Shown here one piece after another: positions 24,603 through 38,638 of a DNA stretch of 64,000 nucleotides. The notes under the pieces are model-generated. The model searched no databases. It saw only the letters and a program-made list of their open reading frames with translations, and had not been told where the DNA came from. Each line of letters starts with the position of its first letter. The first letter of the stretch is position 1. The stretch lies in the NCBI RefSeq assembly GCF_009914755.1, contig NC_060936.1. The stretch is one strand, 5' to 3'. This DNA is from the human T2T-CHM13v2.0 reference genome, Homo sapiens. A program made the position numbers and the translations under genes.

Positions 24603-26107
24603 TCTGGAGGAATAATATAATATACACAGATAATCACACCCCAATGTGCAGGATAGAAGTAAGAGGCAAAAAAATTCATCTGAACGATTTCCTTCCTTGA
24701 CCAGACACTTTAGTTAAGACAGCCTTTCTTGGTCGTGCAAGAGCCCTTTACTTCACTGGGGGCCATGGAGATCCCTCCTGCCCATTCTTTTCATCTCTCT
24801 TCTTATCTTTCTTTCTTTTTGTTTTCTTTGACCTCAAACTACCATTCCCATTTACTTCAAGAGCTTTTTTATTGAGACAAGATGAGGAGGCCTGGGGGAA
24901 GGGTGGAAGGGAAGGAGGAGGCCAGCAAGAATTTTAATTTCCCGTGCACCAACATAATTACAGAGCAGATACAATTGCCTCCAAATCTTTTGTGCTGCTT
25001 TATATGCATTCATTATTTTCCTCATCTTTTTGTCACCAGTCAGCCATTTAACTAGTTTACAGTCAGTTCCAGGGAAATTTATGTAGACTAGAAATCATCG
25101 ACCTTAACTGAAGCCCTGAAGACATCTTACGTGTTAGCACATCGATAGATATTGTATTTTAATAAATTCAGTTTCTCTATCAGAAACTTTGTGTCAGCTG
25201 CAAGCCTCTCTTATCACAGAGGCATCTGAACTGCCCTAAGTATGAAATATGGACAATCAGAAAGCCTCATCTCGGATTGTTCTGGAGGTTTACTCCAGAG
25301 AGAGTCCATCATTTTGGAAATTCATTTAAATAGGTAGAAGGAAAATATCAAGAGCCTAAAAAATGCATGTAATGCCATTGCATTTTCCTTTTCTATGATT
25401 AATTTAAGTTCCCCTGGGAAATGTTACCCTTTGAAGTTGTAGATGAATTAGAATTTTTCTCTCAGAATTATTAACACATACCATTTCTGACAAGTAGTGT
25501 GTTTCCTTTAACAATCTTTGATTTTTCTCACATTTAAATGCGGTTAATATTGAATAAATGGCCTGTTGTCTTTCTTAGTATTTATTGTTAATGTGACTTG
25601 AACACTTGCAGAATTTCCTTTTTGAAATGTTTAAAGATATGTACATGTTCCAAGATAAGATTTTATCTAAAACATTCTGACCAGTATTGAGTATGTATCA
25701 AAAATGATGTGCTTCTTAATTTGAAGTCCAGTAAAGACAAAATGAAAAGTGGTGGGATAAGGCTGGTAAATTGCAGCTTAAGCCCAAACAATGACTATTA
25801 TGGAATATAAACATGTATAAGCTTGTCTGTCAAACTGGTGGAGCACTGCTGCAACGAAGCCTTTTTTGATCACTACAGGTACTGGATGAGCACTCATTCA
25901 GAGAGAAGGAGACAGGCTTGAAAAGCTTCATCCATTATCAAAACCATAGTCACAGCCAGTGTATGTGTGGATGACACAGGGGACAGATGCCCACCACTTA
26001 GCCTTATACCTGGCCAGTCCCCGATGGACTCAAATCTGGGCTGTAGAAGAGAGAAGACCTTGACTAGATTTTCTGTGTATGGAAGGTGATACGGCGGAAT
26101 CAGAATC

Positions 26108-26670
26108 TGTGGCGGACACTGTTAGTTGCCCTCCTAACCCCAATAGCGATTTCCCCTCCTTTTTGTAAACACAATCTTGTTTTCTTTGAGGGGGAGGGGG
26201 TAGCCTTATGCCCCACTATGAGGGCTAAAATCATGATTGGTTTAAGTCATTAATGGCAATTTCATTACTTTGACAGTCTCCCTTTCCCAGGGGTCCCAGA
26301 GCTATGATGACCATGTGACCTAGTTCTACTCAATGCTGTGCAAGGAGAAGGCTGCAGCTGGGCTTCTGGGAGAAACTCTCTTACCATTTTGCCCACCTGA
26401 TATTGTGTGAAGATGTGCAGCTTGTATCTGTGGCAGTCATCTTGTGATCAAGAGATGGCATGTCCAAGAATGAAAAGCTCACAGTTGAGAATGGCATGGT
26501 TGAGGCAGAAAGAAATTAGATGATGGATGGTGCTGTGGAGCTGCTGCACCAAACTTGGAGCTCCACATCTTCAGAATTCTTATATCACGAGATCAGTAAA
26601 TGCTTTTATTGCTTAAGCCACTGTGAGCTGGGTTTTCTCTTCTTTCAGCTGCTTGAAATCAAATGAGTGT
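26108..26670 (+). mobile_element. Old MLT1 (H/J/K-like) LTR
   Basis: TGTGGCGGACACTGT start, CCATGTGACCTAGTTCT internally and GCTTAAGCCACTGTGAG near the end. Confidence 0.6.
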
Positions 26671-27738
26671 AACATCAAAATGGATTAATGCATTTGTTTA
26701 ATTCACCACAAAGCTTGGAGGACTTTCAGTAATTCGAGGGCCCCAGCCGAAGAGGTAGCAGAATTCAGGAAGAGTGAGCGTGTTAAGCCAGAGCATGGGT
26801 ACCCAGAATAAGCAGTGGAAGTGCCAGTGGAGGCAGTGGTGCCCAGAGGCTATGGCAATAATGTCTGGCAATCCTGGCAGAAGAGGCAGATGTGCTAGAC
26901 TGAAGTAACGTGAGTGGGGAAGCCCAGCAGATGTAGCGGTCCCTGGTTGACACTGGGGTGCCTCATGTTGCAGAAATAGAAATAAAGAAACTATGGCACA
27001 GAGTAGCTTTCTGGATAGCTGATTTTACTTGTTTGTAGGCATATTTGAGGCATCATTTTGTATGTTAAAGAGGATAATCTGCTGCCCAGAATGTTTAAAG
27101 GCTCAAACACAACAGGAGTTTGTGTTCTGCTCATATAACAGTGTGGTGGCCAGTGGATGGTTTTCTCTCTTTCTGGTGAATCAGGGGCTTTGGAGACTTC
27201 CATTTGGAGATTCTGAAGTTCCTTGGCACCTGGTTGTCATGGCATTCAGCTGGTAGAAGAAAAAAGAGCATGGGGGAGATATGCCTGCTTCTTAAAAACC
27301 TCAGTCTAGAAGTGGCACAAATTACCCCCCTTCTACTTCACAGTGGAAAGGAGTTATATGTTTCTACCTAACTGCAAATGGAGTGGGCAATGGGTTTCCC
27401 TGGCTAGGCAGCTGCTCCAGGTTATATCTTGAAATAGGAGAATGAAATATGATAGGCAATCTCTGCCAGCCAGGTACTCTTGGAAATATGATACTTGTTT
27501 TGCTTTGGGATTGGGGTGGGGCAGATACTTTGCAGAATCTTAGGGTTCTGAGCTAGTTGGTGGGGTAAGCTGGTGACACAGAGGTAACAAGGCCAGTGAT
27601 TTACCCATGGATCTTCTAAGTGTTGCCAATTAGAGTAGTTTAGGCAGTAGGGGGCATTTCCCCCCCATTCCTTGGAATTATTTGCTTGACTATATCAAAT
27701 TACTGAATAATTGAAAAACCCTCTCTTTTGTCTAACTA

Positions 27739-28070
27739 CAGTCATGTGTTGCTTAACGACAAGGATACATTCTGAGAAAAGTGTTCAATAAGTGATTTTG
27801 TAATTGTGTGAACATCAGAGTGTGCTTACAGAAACCTAGATGGTGTAGCCTACTACACGCCTATGCTATAACCTATTGTTCCTAGGTTACAAACCTGTAC
27901 AGCATATTACTGTACTCAATACTGTAGGCAATTATAACATGATATATTTGCATATCTAAACATATTTAAACATAGAAATGGTACAGTAAAATCATGGTAT
28001 GATCTTAGGGGACCACAGTCATACGTGCAGTCTATCACTGACCAAAACATTGTTATGCAGGGCACGACTA
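27739..28070 (+). mobile_element. Tigger3a (MER7-type) DNA transposon
   Basis: CAGTCATGTGTTGCTTAACGAC..ACATTCTGAGAAA start, degenerate terminal inverted repeat at the end, flanked by TA. Confidence 0.85.
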
Positions 28071-28929
28071 TATTTAGATCTGGTATGGCCATAGTACCGA
28101 ATTTCATTTATGATTTAACATAAACCAAATACCGACAGTCTAAACTCTAATATATACACCTGCCAGTCCTTTTATTATTGGAAGCAAAGCACTTAAAAGC
28201 ATGTGCTAGTTTTTTCTTTTTGAAAGTATTTCTGATGACTGCATGGCCTACGACTACTAAGAAATAGAATTTCAAAATGAGCATCAGACTTATTTTTCAA
28301 GTGCCTTGTCATAAATGCATTGCTACTCATGTAATAAAGTAATTTTCCCTTGTGAGATAAATATAGCACTAAAGAAGAATGAGCCTTGTCTGATAAAATG
28401 GCTTTTATTAATCTTCTAATGTTTTTATTTTGTTCTAGAATTATGATTAGTTTCAAGAGAGTAGCAAACAGGTTATGATCAGAGTTGAGTATTGTTGCTA
28501 TCCAGATATATTTGGTTAATGTCTGCTGTTTATTTCAAAAACAAAATGTTCCATTAAGAAAAATCAATGATAATGGTTAGACTTTATTATCAAGAAATTA
28601 TACCTGTTATGTAAACCTTGCTAATTATAAGTGCTTGGATTCATTTGGGTGATATAACAGATGAAAAAGGCCATTTATTAGGAGAAGTACTTGGCATTTG
28701 TACCAGCATAATAAAACTAAAATAATAAAACACAACCCAAGGAAAGAAAAAAATGTTATTGAGGAATGGAATTTGCCCAGGAATGAATTATACCAGGAGA
28801 CAGTATGGAGTGTGGGATTAACACTGAGTGCTTCATCCTGGACATCAATTTCCTATGACACCTCAAACAGCCTGTCCTTGTCTTCTCCTCCTTCCACTTT
28901 ACTTCTTACTTTTTCCGGCTGAGCTCATG

Positions 28930-29270
28930 CATGTACACGCTTCAGCTTCTATTAATTCCTAAGTATTTGTAACTTCAGTGCTGACCTCTTGCCCATGGTT
29001 CAGTCTGCCCTCTGGCCATCTCTGCCTGGATGTCTCCTAGGAACCTGAACTCTACGTGTTCAAATAGAGTTTATCTCTCATGCTCTTCTTGAATATCATA
29101 GTGACAGCCCTCACTCCTCCCTCCCTCACACCCATATCCAATCAGCCACACCTTTTTGTTTCCAGCCAGAAATTTCTCTCTCATATCTAGATTCTACATT
29201 TGCTCCCACTCCCACCGCCTTAGTCTGGGCCATCATCACCTTTTGTTTTAATGACTATAACCTATACATC
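28930..29270 (+). mobile_element. L2 fragment
   Basis: L2 3'-region motifs CCTGGATGTCTC..GAAC, CATATCCAATCA and CCATCATCACC. Confidence 0.6.
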
Positions 29271-30510
29271 TAACCAGCAGGCTCATAAGATGTAGTCACT
29301 AAAGCAATTTTATTTTTTGTCTTCTGTAGTCCTTTATTTTAAAATTGTTCTCTCAACTTTTAATTTTCAAATATTTCAAATCGGCAGAAAAGTTGAAATA
29401 ACAAAACAATAAACACATATATAAATCTCACCTTCTAGATTGATCAGTTGCTAACACTTTGCGAGCTTTCTTTCTCTGTGTGAATCTCTCGCTCTCTCTC
29501 CCTGTCCCCACTCCTCTGTCACTCTCTCCTGTAATCCATTTTCCACATCTCTGCACAGAACCCAACCCTGCTTTGGCTCCTTAAAGATGGTGGCTTGGGA
29601 ATGGTGTGGACACTGGCCTTCCCATATGTTTCTAAAGGTCTAACTCCAATAGTAAAAGGTGTTCCGTTTCAGACAGAAGCAGAGGGAGACAGCAGAAGAA
29701 AAGGGTTACTATAATGAGAAATGTAATGAACCTTGGCAAGCCATGTGCTTGTATGTCTGTGTGTCAGCGTTTGCAAGGAGTCCATTTTCTTAGATGCAGG
29801 TTGGCCACATGAGGGCTCAGGGTGGGGATAGAATGTTGTGTGAGACTGTGGACCTCAGAGAAATGTCCTCATGGATGATACTGGCAGATATGGCTGGGCC
29901 CAGATACCTCCTTGAAGTGGCTGGCTCTTTGTTAGTGGACATTGAAAGCAGAAGGTGTGAACAAACTTGTTTCTGAACTCAACACTTGGAGATTCTCAGA
30001 ATGGGTAAGACTTTAAGGCTGAGGAGGTGACGGTGGCTACAAAAACCTTATGAATGCAAGTAGAGGACATAAAACAGCAAGATGTGAGCACTGTTGTTAT
30101 GGTGGCCTCACAGGCTAGTGAAGCCTGAGGACATTTGGATTACATAGGGATAGGAAAAAAAGATATTGAAAGAAATACATATATTTCAATGAGAACACTT
30201 CCTTTACCCTATAGTTTTCCATGGCCCTAATTGTGTACAAGTTATTCATCATTCCACCCTTGCATTTTGATGGTATATATGTGATATAAACACATGTGAC
30301 AATCTGTTTGGCCAGTAGATCTACAAAACCATTGAGGATTATTAGTGCTGATTTTATTTTAATAGAATAAAGTATTTTTTTGTCTGAATTAACTACTCTG
30401 CCTTTCAAGTCATTAAAGCAAAACTCAAATCCTTACTGTTTCAAAAATATTGCTAATTGGCTTATTTGTTAAAAAACATCTGTTTTTCATCAGAGGCAAC
30501 TGAGGCAATA

Positions 30511-31105
30511 TGTTGCAGATTGTATTTTCCAAAGATGATGACAATTGTCTCTCCTACCCCTTGTTCTCTTATAATGTGACTGTGACATTTCACTTATAAA
30601 ATAGTGGAGCCAGTGTCCCTCCTCTTGAACTTGGGTGGATATTGTGATTGCACTGATCAATAGCGTGTGGTGGAAATGACTCTCTGTGACTTCCAAAGGT
30701 AGATCATGAAAATGCCATGCAGCTCTGCTTTGCTCTGTTGGCACATTTGTTCTTGGCATCTAACCACCATGCTATAAGAAAGCCCAGCTAGCTCACATGC
30801 AGAGGCCATATGGAAAGGCCATATACAGGTATTTCAGCTAACAGCCTAGCTGAGATCCCAGCTGACCACCAGCATCAACCACCAGACATGTGAGCAGGCC
30901 AGATGATTCCACTCCTCGGCTGTTGAGTAACCCTCAGTCTTTGAGTCTTCCTCCTTGAATACACAGCTATCAGAGGTCAAAGACAAGCCCTCCCTCTGTG
31001 CTCTGTTCAAATTTTTGACCCACAGAATCTGTGAGCATAATAAAATGGCTGTTCTATACCACTGAGTTTTAGGGTGTTTGCTATGCAGCAGTAGCAACTG
31101 GAACA
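30511..31105 (+). mobile_element. MLT1 (F/G-like) LTR
   Basis: TGTTGCAGATTGTATTTTCCAAAGATG start, CCCACAGAATCTGTGAGCATAATAAA internally and GCAGCAGTAGCAACTGGAACA end. Confidence 0.75.
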
Positions 31106-32189
31106 GCATATAACAACTTTTTCTGGTTTGGTAACAACTCAGTGATTTTTGATCATCTAGAAATGTTTTATAAATGAATCTATTGGAAGACATTTTCTTT
31201 ATCCTATATCATCAAGGTCCTAATTTGAGAAATATCTCTGTGAAGTCTTTTAATTCAAGCATGCCTGGGTAGTCAGAAGAGCCTGCCTGTCAGGTAATTT
31301 CTCTAGGAGTCTTTGTATGGAAGACCAACAAACCTTTTGAGAAAGAACTCAACCTGAGTAAAGAGACTCTCTGCTCAAGAAGTTGGTGCCAGGGTAATAG
31401 TCTAATGTTCCAGGGCTGGTCAACTTTGAGAATAGTCCAGTACCATCACTTGACTTGCCTTCCAGCCCAGCCACCATAGACCTATCCCTGAATCCCACAG
31501 AGAGAGGAATTATAGTGCAAGAAAGAGGAAAAGAAAAGAGTGCTTCAGTTGCTCTTCCTTGGGGCCTTGGGAATATAAGTCAATGGGTTCAGCAGCACTG
31601 GTATTGACTGCCTTGGCCACATAAGGACGCATCTGACCTAGGATGTTGGGCATTGGGTGCCCCATTGTTGATTTTGGTGGACTTGGCAGAAAACCAGAGG
31701 AGATGGGCAAATAGTGCTTGCTATGTGGAAGCTGGGAGGACCATATTCACCCATTTATTAATTCACTCTGTGGTGGGCAGTCTTCATTGTCCATGACTTA
31801 TGTTTTTCTTTTCTGTAGTAACAAAATTGTAGTTGGCATGTGGCTGCCAAGATATCCTATGTTTTTAAGCTTCCCTTGTAGTTAGGTGTTGTCATGTGGA
31901 ATGTGAGAAGTGATTTGTGCTTCTTGCAACGCTGGGACTTTATACACCCGATATGCATCTTCATGCTCTCTTTTTCCTCTCTACTGGCTGGAATTTATCA
32001 ACTCAACCTTTGGGTCTCTGAATGACTCATATCATGGGTCTCTGAATGACTATGTGGAGCAAAGCCACCCACTGACATGGAATGCTCACCACTAATTTTT
32101 AGGTAAATAACAAGCTATCTTTTCTCAATCTTTGAATTATTGTTGAGTTTCTTTGTTTTATCATTTTACCCTTAACCTAAATATGCTTA

Positions 32190-32523
32190 TCTATCCAACA
32201 AATATTTACTGAACTATATATCAGGTTCTGTGAAAGATGATGAGGATACAATGGCAAGCTTAAAATTCACCAGGGGAAGCAGACAAAATATAATTACAAT
32301 TGTGATACATGCTAAATCCTCTAGAGGAGAGGTGCATGGTGAAATGAGTGTATATAGTCAGGAGAATTGATGCAGTCATGGGCATTAACAAAGTCCTCTG
32401 TGAAAAAAATAATGATTGAAGTCTTCGGGAAGAGTGAGATTAATTTGTGGGTGGGAGGCAATAAGCAGAGATCCTTCTAGTCAGAAGGGATAGCATATCC
32501 AAAGGCCTTGGGGTAGCAGTTTG
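32190..32523 (-). mobile_element. L2 3' fragment
   Basis: CAACAAATATTTACTGA (the reverse L2 tail) followed by degenerate L2 sequence. Confidence 0.55.
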
Positions 32524-32619
32524 CATGGTCAGGCTGGTCTTGAACTCCTGATCTCGTGATCCGCCTGCCTTGGCCTCCCAAAATGCTGGGATTACAGGCG
32601 TGAGCCACCACGCTGGGCC
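32524..32619 (-). mobile_element. Alu 5' fragment (~95 bp of the left arm only)
   Basis: CAGGCTGGTCTTGAACTCCTGATCTCGTGATCCGCC...GAGCCACCACGCTGGGCC, with no right arm or tail. Confidence 0.9.
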
Positions 32620-34729
32620 AGATCACATAGTCTTTGAGGTCTAGTTCAGTCTGCCGTCCTCTGCATTGGCAAGGGCCTACTGAACGCTTTCCATAGTGAG
32701 TGTAGGTCACTCTCTGGCTTGTTCCACACACAGATGTGAGTGTGGAGCGTGCAATCCTTATAATGAGAAGAATCCAGGAATACTATATTCCATTAATAAC
32801 AAAGATTTGTGTAAAAATGGCAATTTGATCCCGACATAAAATGCTTGCCAGTTGTTTCTATTTCCCCTTTCCTGCCTTTTGTAGCCGTCCAGATCTTCTG
32901 ACTGCATCATGGTGTGGATCTGTTTACGCTAGCAACTCTCCTGGCTTCTGAGGAGGCATTTCTATTTTAAAAAGAGGGGTTTGCTGAGGGCAGCTATCAC
33001 AGCAGGAGAGTGACTGGAAATAATTGCTAGCTGTGGCAAGTGAAAGAAACTGAACTAGAGAAAGCGGAAAAGAGGATTTACTGGTTAATGGAACTGGAAG
33101 GGAGGGGCGATGTCAACATTAGGGACAACTGGAACCAGGGACTTGAACTTTGTGAGGAATTCTCTTCCTGCTTGTCTTGGCTTCTTTGAGCATCAGCTTG
33201 TCTGCGCACATTGGCTTCTCATGTGGCTGGAGCCATGGTTGCTACAGCTCTAGCCTCCCACGTTTACAGTTCCAAGACTAGAGAGGAAAGGTACTCTCTC
33301 CTAAGCTCAAGTTTGAAAAAAACAGAGGAGAATCCTGATTGGCTGGATTGGTGGGGGGGGGTCACGTGTTTATTCCTGGCCCAATCACAGTGACCAAAGT
33401 GTGAGACTTTATGATTGGTCCAACTGGATCAAGTGCCCACCTCTTGGCACATGTTGGAAACGCTCACCAGAACCACCTGGTTTGAAAAGGCATCTACCTA
33501 AAGATGCTGTTCTGGGCACTGTTTTAATACATTTTTTTCCGTGAAGTTTTCCTTCCCTCTATTTCCTTATATTTATGTATTTGTAAAATGACATCAAAGA
33601 CAGAGCCTTTCTTAGGTCCTAATCTCTCTACCGAGTGGTAGCGTCTGAATAACAAAGGGGAGTGGCCAATGTCTCTTTTAACAAGGAGGATGTGCTTATG
33701 GCAGGCGCCCCGGGAGCCCAGGGCAGGGCTCAGGCCGGGTAGCCCTGAGAAGCAGGGCCCATTGAATATGTGTGAAATGCAGAACACTCAGTAAATGGGC
33801 TGTAGTGGAAATCCCGCATCTGTGATACCGGAGGGGTTTGTGTATTTCTGGCTGCTGGTAGATAAGAACCAGAAATTTCTGTGTGCTGAAAACTAGAGCA
33901 CAGAAAGATTGGTGCTTGTTATATGAGGTGAGAGATGGAAAGAGAGAGAAACTGTGCAAATCTTGTTTCTGAACCTGTGCTCACCACCTTCCTTTCTTTT
34001 TTGGCATGTCTCTCAACTCGGAAGTTTGCTTGGGGACTTCCCCAGCCAGTTCTGTGCTCCTCAAGGCGGGAAACCATGCTTGCCAATCTTTTGGACTCAT
34101 TTTTAATCGGCTTGGAAATTTAATCAGAATAATGCCAGGTACATGCAATTGTAAAAAAAAAAAAATCTATTAATTAGCTACCCACAGTCTTGCCTTCTCC
34201 AGTTAAATTTAAATCCTGAGGAGAAAATGACATACAGCTCTGTTCTATACCTCCAGGTATGGAAACCACCGCCTGGGATTAAAGCATCAGTGAAGATGCT
34301 GCTTAGGAGGAATTCAGATTTTAGAGAAGAAAGGAGGTCATGAGAGCTCATTACTGGATCACTGAACTGGTAAGAATTATAAAGAGCTCGCCTTTTTCTT
34401 TTCTTGTATATGTGCACTACATTCATTTTTTTGGTGTGACAACAGTGTTTATAAACATTCACTTTGCTAATGAAAGTTGACATTTCTAGTCATCCAATAA
34501 ACAAGGATGCTTAATTTCAAGAGATGTGCATCAAGATGGTACCAATGGGTACACAGTGTAGACTCTCTGGGGAACTGAACACTCAGAATGGACACAGGTT
34601 TAATTTAGCTCAAAACACACTTAACATATGCAGTAGGACAGTTTGTCTGCAATGCCTAACTATTCTTTATGCCCTATGACTTTGGTTCATTTATCTCCCC
34701 AGAATTCGATCAGGAGTAGCCTCTTGCCA

Positions 34730-34898
34730 TAGTGGTGGCAAGTCTGCTGCCAAGTGGCTAGCCTATTACTAGGAACCTTGCTAAAATAAAGATCTTGATT
34801 CAATAGTGCAGGGGTGAAATCTGAGACTCTGCATTTCTAACTAGTTTCCAGGTGATGCCAAGGCTGCTGGTCCCAGGGTCACACTTTGAGTAGCAAGG
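34730..34898 (+). mobile_element. MER5A-like hAT MITE
   Basis: CTGCATTTCTAACTAGTTTCCAGGTGATGCC..CACACTTTGAGTAGCAAGG. Confidence 0.7.
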
Positions 34899-36476
34899 GA
34901 CCAAGTTACAGAGACAGGGGGATTTAAGAGCCCAGACACCTTAATTGTGTAGCTGATGTGAATATCTGGGAGCTTCTGGTGCAGAGGATCCCAGACAAGC
35001 CCTAATTTGTCCTCTGAGTCCTGTTTTTCCCATTTTTATTTTCCCCCTGCACTTCCATGGATTCCACAAGAGATGTGTCCTTTGAACGGAGCCCCTTTTC
35101 TGAGCTAATTTGTGGGGATTCTACCCTATTCTTGCAGCCAGATGAGCCCTTGCTAGTTCAAGAAACAGATACATCAGTATTTAGAGGAGTCCACAGGTTA
35201 GGCGTGTATGAGGTACAAATAACCAGACTCTGCCTCCCCCTGACTATGGCCTGGCAGCTTTCTCTTTCTTCCTTACCTCTCCATCAGCTGAACACTTCAA
35301 GTCTGTGCCTTCAGGGCAAGACCTTCTTTTGACCTTGTTAATTTGCTCATTTCTCTAATCAACTCGTTTAGTTAAGAGATGTGGTTTCAAAATGGAAACA
35401 CCTCCAATACTGCAAAGTGAAGAAAGCAGAACATTTAGCTGTTTCATATAAAAACAATCTGAAAATACAGTAAATGAATCCACGGTTAAAATGCTAAACA
35501 GTAAATTTATTTGCAAAGTGAATCACACATCAGTTGTGCTTTTACTGTAGCCCAGAATAATTTCTAATTATAGCAACACTAAATAGAAAATAGCTTGTAT
35601 TCTATTATTTAAAATATTCATGAAGTGGGGAGAGGACTAGAAAGAACTGAATGTATAAATGTGACTTTTGTGGGGCTGTTTTAATGCTTGGCCTTGTATG
35701 GCATCCACGCCCAGTTTGGCTCAGGTGATGAAAATGAAATGGACAAATATATTTGGTGACATAAATAACATTAAAGTTAATAGGTTTTACTCAGCACTTG
35801 GCATGTGAATGCAAAAGGAACCCAAATCCTCTGGGGTCACTCAAGATATACTGAGCACCCGCTTTTACGCAGGCAACCGTACTAAGTTTGGTGGGAGTTC
35901 AAAAGTGAGCAAAATGCTTCTTCTTTCCCTTTGGCTCTTATAGTCTGGGAAAAAATGACAAGCAATGTTTTTTTCTCCTCCCTCCATTTTCTATTAGCTG
36001 ACAACTACATGGATCCTCTTTTCCTTATCTCTAGTGGTGAAGTTTTAGTGTCAGCATCAGGCCAAGGAGTGAGGTATTTTGAACAGACATTTTCAGTGTT
36101 CCTCAGATCCCATGATGCAGATGACAGTCCCCTCTTAAGGCCAGCCCCTTAGGAGTCCATCTTTTCAGTTTACTCCACCTTTCCTAATCAGAGCCATTCT
36201 TTGCTCAGATAACCACAGACACTTCTGGAGAAACAGCCCTTTCCCTACTCTTTCAACCCCTACAACCTCCCTGAGAAATTTCTGCCTTGGCCTCTGCAAA
36301 GGACCCACCTGACAAAGCGATATTAGGAGGCATATTGCAAAAAGGACACAGCCTGTGAACTGGGGGAGCCCTGCTACTCACCAGCCACTCTCCCAGCACA
36401 GCTTCCTCAAAACTTTTTTGTTTGAAAAGATGTTGCGTCATGGTGAATAAGAGCATCAATGTGCCGGGGCCAGGGG

Positions 36477-37391
36477 TGCCATAAACTAAATGGTGTCCCA
36501 TCCCTAAATTCATATGTTGGAGCCCTAACCCTTCATGTGGGCTATACTGGAGAGAGGGCCTTGAAGAAAGTAATGAAGGTTAAATGGGGTCATAAGGCTG
36601 GAGCCTGACCTGGGAGAACGGGTGCTCTTAGAAGAAAAGGAAGAGATAGCAGAGTTCTCTCTCACCATGCGAGGGCACCGTGGGAAGGCAGACATCTGCA
36701 AGCCAGAAACAGAGCCCTCACCAGAACCCAGTCGTGCTGGCTGGCTGATCTTGGACTTTTAGCCTCCAGAACTGTGAGAAAATAAATTTCTGTTGTTTAA
36801 GCCAGCAGTCCCCAACTTTTTTGACACCAGGGACCAGTTTTGTGGAAGACAGAGTTTCCATGGACTCGTGGAGGGGGTGAGATGGTTTTGGGATGATTCA
36901 TGCACATTACATTTACTGTGCACTTTATTTCTATTATTATTACATTGTAATACATAATGAAATAATTATACAGCTCACCATAATGTAGAATCAGTGGGAG
37001 CCCTGAGCTTGTTTTCCTGCAACTAGATGGTCCTATCTGGGGATGATGAGAGACAGTGACAGATCATCAGGCATTAGATTCTCATAAGTAATGCACAACC
37101 TAGATCCCTTGCATGCACAATTTACCATAGGGTTTGCACTCCTATGAGAATCTAATGCTGCTGCTGATCGGACAGGTGGCAGAGCTCAGCTGGTAATTCA
37201 TGCAGTGGGGAGTGGCTGCAAATACAGATGAAGCTTAGCGTACTTGCGTGCAGCTCATTGTGTGACTCAGTTCCTAACAGGCCATGCAGGGACTGGTACC
37301 GGTTTGTGGCCCTGGGGGTTGGGGGACCCCTGGTTTAAGCCACCAGTCTGTGGCACTTTGTTAGGGCAGCAAGAAATGACTAATTAATACA
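36477..37391 (+). mobile_element. MLT1 (A/B-like) LTR split by MER1A
   Basis: AAATTCATATGTTG..CCCTAACC and AATAAATTTCTGTTGTTTAAGC; resumes after MER1A with CACCAGTCTGTGGCACTTTGTT..TAATACA. Confidence 0.8.
36803..37332 (+). mobile_element. MER1A (hAT-Charlie) DNA transposon
   Basis: Termini CAGCAGTCCCCAAC ... GTTGGGGGACCCCTG, with a perfect 8-bp TSD GTTTAAGC at 36795-36802 and 37333-37340. Confidence 0.9.
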
Positions 37392-38638
37392 AGGGAGACT
37401 TAGGGATGGGGAGGCAAGCCGAGGTGGGCAGAAGGAGAGAGAGAGGCAGCTGTGCATGCTGCAGGTTGGGAACTGAGATGGCTCCCAGTAGAGGTCAGCT
37501 TCAGTCATTTCTTCAAACAGTTTAAAATCCACGTCTGAGAACCGTTTCACTTCTTATGGAGGGGCAGCAAGAAAAGCTGCCTGCAACAAGATTTAATTGT
37601 GGGACTTCTGGTAAGACCATTATTTTGTTTTAAACTACAAAGAACATGCAGCTCTTATGATACAGATAGTGAAAGAGTCACATAAAAATAGGCATTTGGC
37701 CTCTGAACCACAGTCTTATGGCAGTTTAAGTTTGAATGCTGAAATTAATTTTTGACAGCCCCAATAAACTGCACATTGAGACCACACTTCCCAACGACTG
37801 ATCTGATCATTAGAGTTTCTATTTCTCAGGAATTATTAGGAGGAAAACCAACTATATCCAAGCTACTGGGAGATGCACAACCACTGATAATTAGAAAGAA
37901 TAAAATCGATGACTAAAATGTAACCTTTTATTCTTTCCAATTAGGCTTTCTCCTGTAGGCTTGGCAGATGAGGCTGTGTTATAAATAGAAGTGGCATTTT
38001 GTAGGGTTCTTCAAACTGAAGTGTACCTGAGGTCAAATTATAATCAAGGTAATATATATAAGTAATGAGCTGAGTCCACATTCCCAGGCATTTATACATT
38101 TAGTGGTAATAAATGAGCAAAGATGAAAAGAGAGCTTCCGGACAAATGCAGCAAAATAGTTACTTGTGTGGTTGGAGCACAGCAACTTATCTCTTTGTAA
38201 TGAATGCTTGCCAGTGATAATTGACTTCATTTGTTAATTGTATTCATGATATTAATGAGATCATTAGCATAACAGTCACATCCTATTCTCCTGTGGTCAA
38301 AGTCTAGGGAATTACAAGTTTTGCACACCTTGTTGCTATACGTATACTTATGCATGCCAGTGATGTACAAATTCAAATGCCATCTGTGCTGACTTTTACA
38401 AGGACACCCTGAAATAATTCCTTGCCTGTTTTTAAGGGGGCTTTCTGAGAATTTGGGAGAGATCTTTTGTTCTCAGGATAATGAGTTTCATATTTATGAG
38501 AAAGATCCAAATTTAGCTCCTGTCATCTTTTTCTCCCCTGAATTCTACTTATTAGTAAGACTTAGCCATGAGCTAAGAACCTGGGAGGAGGAGGAGAAAG
38601 TGGCAACAGCCGAGTCTCAGTAAGAGAGGAAAGGGAAG

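Noticed and set aside
32011-32051. 17-bp direct repeat TGGGTCTCTGAATGACT with a 7-nt spacer
   Set aside because: A small local duplication inside an old LTR-like sequence; only two copies, not an array.
37485-37498. CTCF-like motif CCAGTAGAGGTCAG (and another at 45524-45537, minus strand)
   Set aside because: Single-mismatch motif matches are expected by chance in 64 kb and need ChIP data.
38100-38300. TAAT-rich unique stretches resembling conserved enhancers (also ~24930-25060 and ~50280-50650)
   Set aside because: Conservation cannot be judged from one sequence, and AT-rich background explains the motifs.
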